Shown here in pieces: positions 48,797 to 53,953 of a stretch of 53,953 nucleotides of DNA (the stretch's first letter is position 1; every line of letters begins with the position of its first letter). A program made the translations under genes and the position numbers. This DNA comes from Octopus sinensis (lineage: Eukaryota), in assembly GCF_006345805.1 (NCBI RefSeq), contig NW_021833813.1, positions 1-53,953 on the forward strand, written 5' to 3'. Below the pieces are notes generated by a model. The model was not told where the DNA came from. It saw only the letters and a list, made by a program, of their open reading frames with translations, and did not search any database.

Positions 48797-49429
48797 CAGA
48801 TTGTAACATAGATAAATATATAGACAGAAATAGATAGAGTCAGAAGAATAGACATACCAACTACCAAACACCTAGAAAGATAGACTGCTTGATAGCTCGA
48901 TAGATATATAGATAAATAGATAGATGCTTATGTTTTTTTATTGCTAGTCATCACTCATTTTGTCCATTTTATGTTTCTCACCTGTACTGCCCTTTGTAAA
49001 GAATTAGCAAACTGAGCTGTTTTGCAATAAAGGCTTGAATGGATTGAGAGCCATATGATAAACTGGTGAAGGAAGCATGGATTTAAACTCTGCCTTATTA
49101 GTTGCTCATTGGTGAAATAGCATAAAAAATATTGTTTATGGTTAAGATTTCTTAATTAATATCAGTTTCTATATTAGTGTATGCATCTTTAGTGAAATGA
49201 TGATGAACTCTCTTACAATATGACTATGTGAATTGCTGAAATTATGGTATATTGTAAATTTCACGAATATTTGAATGACAGGAAAGCTATCCTGTTTCCT
49301 AACATGCAGATTTATTTTTCCCAAGTCATTTGATTAATTGGTCATGTTTGTAAAACAGGGGAATGCCTCAAATTTTAGAGGAAGTGGTTAATTGATTAAA
49401 TTGATCTTATTACTTGACTTGCACTTTTT

Positions 49430-49555
49430 TTATCAACGATGAAAGGAAGAGAAACAAAGTTAGCCTCAACAGGATTTGAAACTAGAATATAAAGAGCTGG
49501 TAGAAATATTGGAAGGTATTTTGCCAGCACTCTAACAATTGTGCCTCTCCACCAT
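49430..49555 (-). mobile_element. Decayed tRNA-derived SINE
   Basis: Degenerate match to 7250-7358 (GGATTTGAAACTAGAA..GGTATTTTGCC..CTCTAAC). Confidence 0.55.
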
Positions 49556-50639
49556 CTTAAGTTTAATAGAATAAAATCTGTGAATGAATTTTGATGAATT
49601 TCTTGTGTAGTTTTAATGAAAGTTGGTCTCACATTGCTTGCATTTATATCTTTCCTGAGACATGTAAAAGTTTCCATTTGTATAATACTTGGCTGCTTGT
49701 CACTTCAAATAAAGAGTAGTGAACTGATATTAAAGCCAAAATTTTCCTTTCGCTACTATTAGGATGTTTTTCATTTTTACTTTCAGGGTAAAAAATGAAT
49801 GATTACACTTATTGGTTTACATGCGAACTTTCGTTTATTTTATATCCTTCTATATGTTGGATATGCAAATTTCACGAAGCAGGGATAGACACAACTGTCT
49901 TCACACAACCTACTTCAGATTACTCCACTAAACACAATACTCTAATAAATAGAAACTCTGAACAATGTCAACAACTTCCATGAACTCCCAATGACTCTCT
50001 TTGTCTCAACCAATATGCTAATTTTTTTATAAGAGTTTTGCTAGTCCATTCTTCCAATCCCATAGGGGTGCCAATGACTCTCACCACAACAGTTTATACA
50101 TGTATAATTTACCAAAACAAGTATCCCCATGCGAAGCTTCACCTGTATGTAAGTACATAACTTTTTTGTTAATTTAAGTTTTCTGTTAGTTAACCATAGC
50201 TGTTTGTAAATTGAACACCTGTTCTCTGTGTATATTGAACAATTTCCATAAGATATATATGTTTGCAAATGTAAAATATGTTTGTTTCCCAATGCCATGG
50301 TTTAGGATCTAGTTCTACTGTGTGGCATTTTGGGCAAGAGTCTTCGACTATAGGTAGAGATCAACAAATGCATTTTTAGTGAAAGTGGTTGATGGGAACT
50401 ATATGAAGCTTATTGCATGTGTGTGTATACACCATATCAATTATGTGATGCATGTTATAGGTAACTGTTGACAAAAAGTGCAAAATACTCATTGAAAAAT
50501 CAAAATAATTAGAGTAATGTCAAGAAGGGATGTGGAATGGATAGTGAAAGGTCTGGCTTGGAAGGTGTCCCACAGTATTGCAGCCTGTGCCTATGTGTCA
50601 TCTTGCTACTGCAAAAGAGTACAGACCATTGAATGTTTG

Positions 50640-51060
50640 TGAAATATTGGCATCTAAGATTATGAACTCTTTGGATTTAGTGATTACCTTGATGTCAGTG
50701 AGATTGCCATTGTCAAACAAGAGATTTGTTACCTTAGTAAGTGTCTACCCTCCAACCATGTGTTCCTCTGAAGAGAAAAAAAGACTAATATTTTATCTTT
50801 CATGAAAAAAGCTTCTGTGCAGTGTTCTTTCTGCTTATAAAATCTTCATACTTGGTGATTTGAATGAAAGCATTTGCAGAGATAAAAAAGTTTGGGATAT
50901 AATTGGGAAACATGAAGCCAGAAAATGCAATAGTAATGGCTTGTTTAGTACTGCAAATGTGTTCGATTTTTGCATATACTGGGTAACTGTCAATCTCCTA
51001 GTGTGGAGCATGCTGTATTTGAGCACCAAATATGTGGGAGTATTTATGTGATCAAGATGA
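50640..51060 (+). mobile_element. Decayed RTE-clade LINE, APE fragment
   Basis: LMSVRLPLSNKRFVTLVSVYPPTM, LGDLNE, IIGKH..KCNSNG. Confidence 0.85.
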
Positions 51061-51349
51061 AAGGCAATTAGGTCTCTCATTAATTTCTGTTTGGTGAGTT
51101 GGCCCTGAGGAAAAATCTAGGAACAAATTGAAATTAAGGCATGAATGCATTAGAGACACTTAGAGGATCTAGATCAAATTAGAGAAAGTGAAAACATCAC
51201 AAAGTTTTTGATGGAAGAAATTGGTTCATGTTGGAATGAGTGAATTTGAATGAATGTCAATAAAATCTTAGTGTGCATGAAAAGCTTGAGAGAGATTTTT
51301 GAAAAGGTCTTAATATTAATGTTTCCATTGTGTTTTGCTTCAAAAACTA

Positions 51350-52559
51350 CATAGACATGACAGAATTAAATAGACATCCTTATAATTGTTAAAATTTATT
51401 TAAGTTATTTATTATTATTATAATGTGAATATCTAATATTTAGTAGACAGGCTCCTTGCATTTTTGAATGCAAGGACCCTAGCAGGCATGCTACTGATCT
51501 GATGAATATTCTCTTCATGATTTTCTTGCCAAGTTTCTTGCAGTAATATCAAAAGATCTGGCTTTAAGGATGCTTTCTTTTTCTTTTTAGGAAGTATCCC
51601 ATCCATCATGCCTCAGAGTGTTCAGTAGGGTTCATATCTGGTGATTGGCTTAGCTATGGAAGCTTTTTAATGCCATTCTCTTCCAACCAATCCTGGGTCT
51701 TTTAGTAGTTGTGCAAGAAAGCCCTATCTTCCATAAATAGTGTTATTTAATCATTTTACCCCTGGAGGTTATAGGAAGAAGATTTTTCTATAATATGGAC
51801 ACATTTATCTGAGTTTATGTATCCCTCACATTCCACCATTTCTGATTGACTATTGCTCCAAACTGCTCTCCAGACCATCACATGTTTCATTGTTGGCTGC
51901 AATATATTCACGTGAAAATATTGGTGACTGATTCTCCAGACCCACATTCGACCAGTGTCAGAAAATACAGCAAATCTGGATTCATCAGAGAATTTGACAG
52001 TGTCCCAAAGTGCTAGTGACCTCTCTACCATTTCACTTGTCCAATCTTTTCTCCATTTGATATTGGCTGGTCGAAGCAGTGTCTTCTTTCTTGCTGCTCT
52101 GCCATAATAGCCAATTTTGCAGAGATAACTGACAGCTATTCTGGGATTGACATCAACTTATTCTGCTATATTGGAGGCCTTGCAATGAGGATTATCTTAC
52201 ACACTTCTCTTAAGAAAGCAAAGTGTTCTGTCAGAGGGCCTTAGTCTACCTGGGTAAGGTGATATGGACTACTTTCCCGTTTAGTGAATTGAAAAATTAC
52301 TCTATTTACTGTAGAAAGTGGAATCACAATGTTTTCTGTGGTTTTAGGCTAAGTCAGCCTTGAAATAGGCGCAGCATATGGCCTCTTTGTAAATTGGACA
52401 TTTTTATGGCTTCTTTTGTACATGGCATGATTAAACAGTTACATATAGAACCTGAAACATATAAATGTCAATTAATAAAAAAAATATAAACCTCTTCAAG
52501 TTATAATAACCATAAAACAATGTGTTAATGGGTATCTATTTACTTTTGTCATGTTTGTG
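51350..52559 (-). mobile_element. Tc1-family DNA transposon, complete outline, decayed transposase (about 52401 to 51433)
   Basis: W..VKFSDESRF..VWR..PTMKH.VMVW and C-terminal SMPAR...STKY*. Degenerate ~30-bp TIRs (CATAGACATGACAGAATTAAATAGACATCC vs CACAAACATGACAAAAGTAAATAGATACCC). TA at 51348-49 and 52560-61. Confidence 0.9.
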
Positions 52560-53295
52560 TACAAATGTATCATTTGTTAGAACTGCACTTTGAAAGAAAA
52601 AAGAAAACCTTTAGTAGAAAATTAGCATTAGCTACGACAACGTTACCCAACTATTAAATCTTATATTTTCAAACTCATGCTAGGATGGAAAAATGAACGT
52701 AGGTATGAGACTTATTTTTACACATGTATTGATGCATATAAAACATGAAATTATGTTGTCTACATACTTAATACTTGCAATTAATTCATTGTAAGAACAT
52801 AGAATTTTGACAGGTTTTCTTGAGTTGTTGCTCATCTACAATAATCTGATAAGTTTGAGGTTATTGTTGGTTGCATAAGATTGTCATTGAATTTTCTCTC
52901 GACAGAAATATCTAATCATTTTATCCATACTAGCATGGGTTGTGTGTGTCATGTTGATATCTGTTTCAGTTTAATTCCCTCTGCAATAGTTTCTTTTTTT
53001 GTGTTTATGCAATATTGTACTTTCATAAAATACAGTCGTCTCTTGCCTTACACAGTATTCTGTTTCTTAGTTTCACTTTAGCACAATTTTACTCATTTTC
53101 CTCTATTTGTTTCTTTTTGTTTTTGTTTTTACAAATATAGAAGTAGTAATTGCTTCAGTTTCTCATTATATTCTGTTAAATATTTTGAATTTGAAATATT
53201 AAAATTGATTTCACTGGAAATGAAAATTCAATGTATAAAATTAACTTTAAACTAGATGTTCAGCATAAAATGCAAAAGTTTTACAAAAAGAATTG

Positions 53296-53953
53296 TCATC
53301 ATCATTTAATGTCCATTATCTATGCTGGCTTGGGTTGGACAGTTTCATCAGAGCTGGTAAGCTGAGGGTCTGCAGCAGACTCAGTCTGATTTGTCATTGT
53401 TTCTATGGCTGGATGCCCTTCTTAACATCAAGCACTCCATGAGTGTTGTGGGCAGGGGTTGTGAAAAAATTAATTGATGGGAAATTAATTACAATATATT
53501 GTCTTCTAAGGCACGGCATGTCATGAAAGGTGTCGGTCATTAGTCATTGCCTTTATAAGTTTCAACAGTCAAAGATCATGCATTACCACCTTGTCCAATG
53601 CCTTCTTATGTCTGCTTCTTCTGCCATGTAGCATAGTTGTCTGCACAGGTATAATAAATCTGGCTTTCACTCTGAAGAGAGACCCTTAGTTACCAAACAG
53701 AGGAAGGAGCTCTCTGAATTTGCTCAGCCTATTTTTATTCTTGCAGCCACACACATCCACCTCTGCTACTGACTTTGTTGCTCAACAATCTTTATCGTAC
53801 TCCTCTGGTATTTGATGAAGCCCATTTTCTGTACACTTTTAGTGTTTACTGTACATGTGCACCTTCCACATATAAAATATATTTTCCCAGTTTACCTTCC
53901 TCTGATATTGCTACACCTATTATGTGTTATACAGAGTACATCTACCTACCTAT
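53296..53953 (-). mobile_element. Decayed RTE LINE 3' portion, same family as 37385-38126
   Basis: 53296-53452 is a decayed reverse complement of ~37935-38110. The upstream part reads like ARIRIGWAKFRELLPL.VTKGLSLRVK. Confidence 0.8.

Overview
Animal genomic DNA that is AT-rich and saturated with repeats. I can support no host protein-coding gene, tRNA or rRNA. The SINE, RTE and microsatellite families look like those of Octopus/cephalopods (recognised from memory, not searched). Layout: (1) 1-2.1 kb, decayed Penelope-like element (PLE) fragments, one with a 5' inversion. (2) 3.8-7.1 kb, decayed APE-RT (CR1/L2-group) LINE. (3) 8.2-10 kb, possible very old PLE. (4) 10.76-11.08 kb, 32-bp minisatellite carrying TGAGTCAGCA. 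(5) 12.3-25.7 kb, about nine R4/Dong-type RT-REL retrotransposon pieces from about four families, nested in (TAA)n and oriented with the microsatellite strand. (6) 27.5-37.4 kb, a ~119-bp repeat followed by an 87-bp satellite (~55 monomers, each with a GAAA-capped hairpin) interrupted by three LINE insertions at CTAA-like motifs. (7) 37.4-40 kb, RTE and CR1 3' ends, a quasi-palindrome and a minimal hammerhead ribozyme. (8) 40.9-43.1 kb, a nearly full-length PLE with RT and C-terminal GIY-YIG. (9) 46.55-48.66 kb, ~430-bp near-perfect inverted repeats with promoter-like motifs enclosing a GIY-YIG PLE fragment. (10) 50-54 kb, RTE fragments and a complete but decayed Tc1 element. All alignments were done by eye, so boundaries are approximate unless exact bases are quoted.
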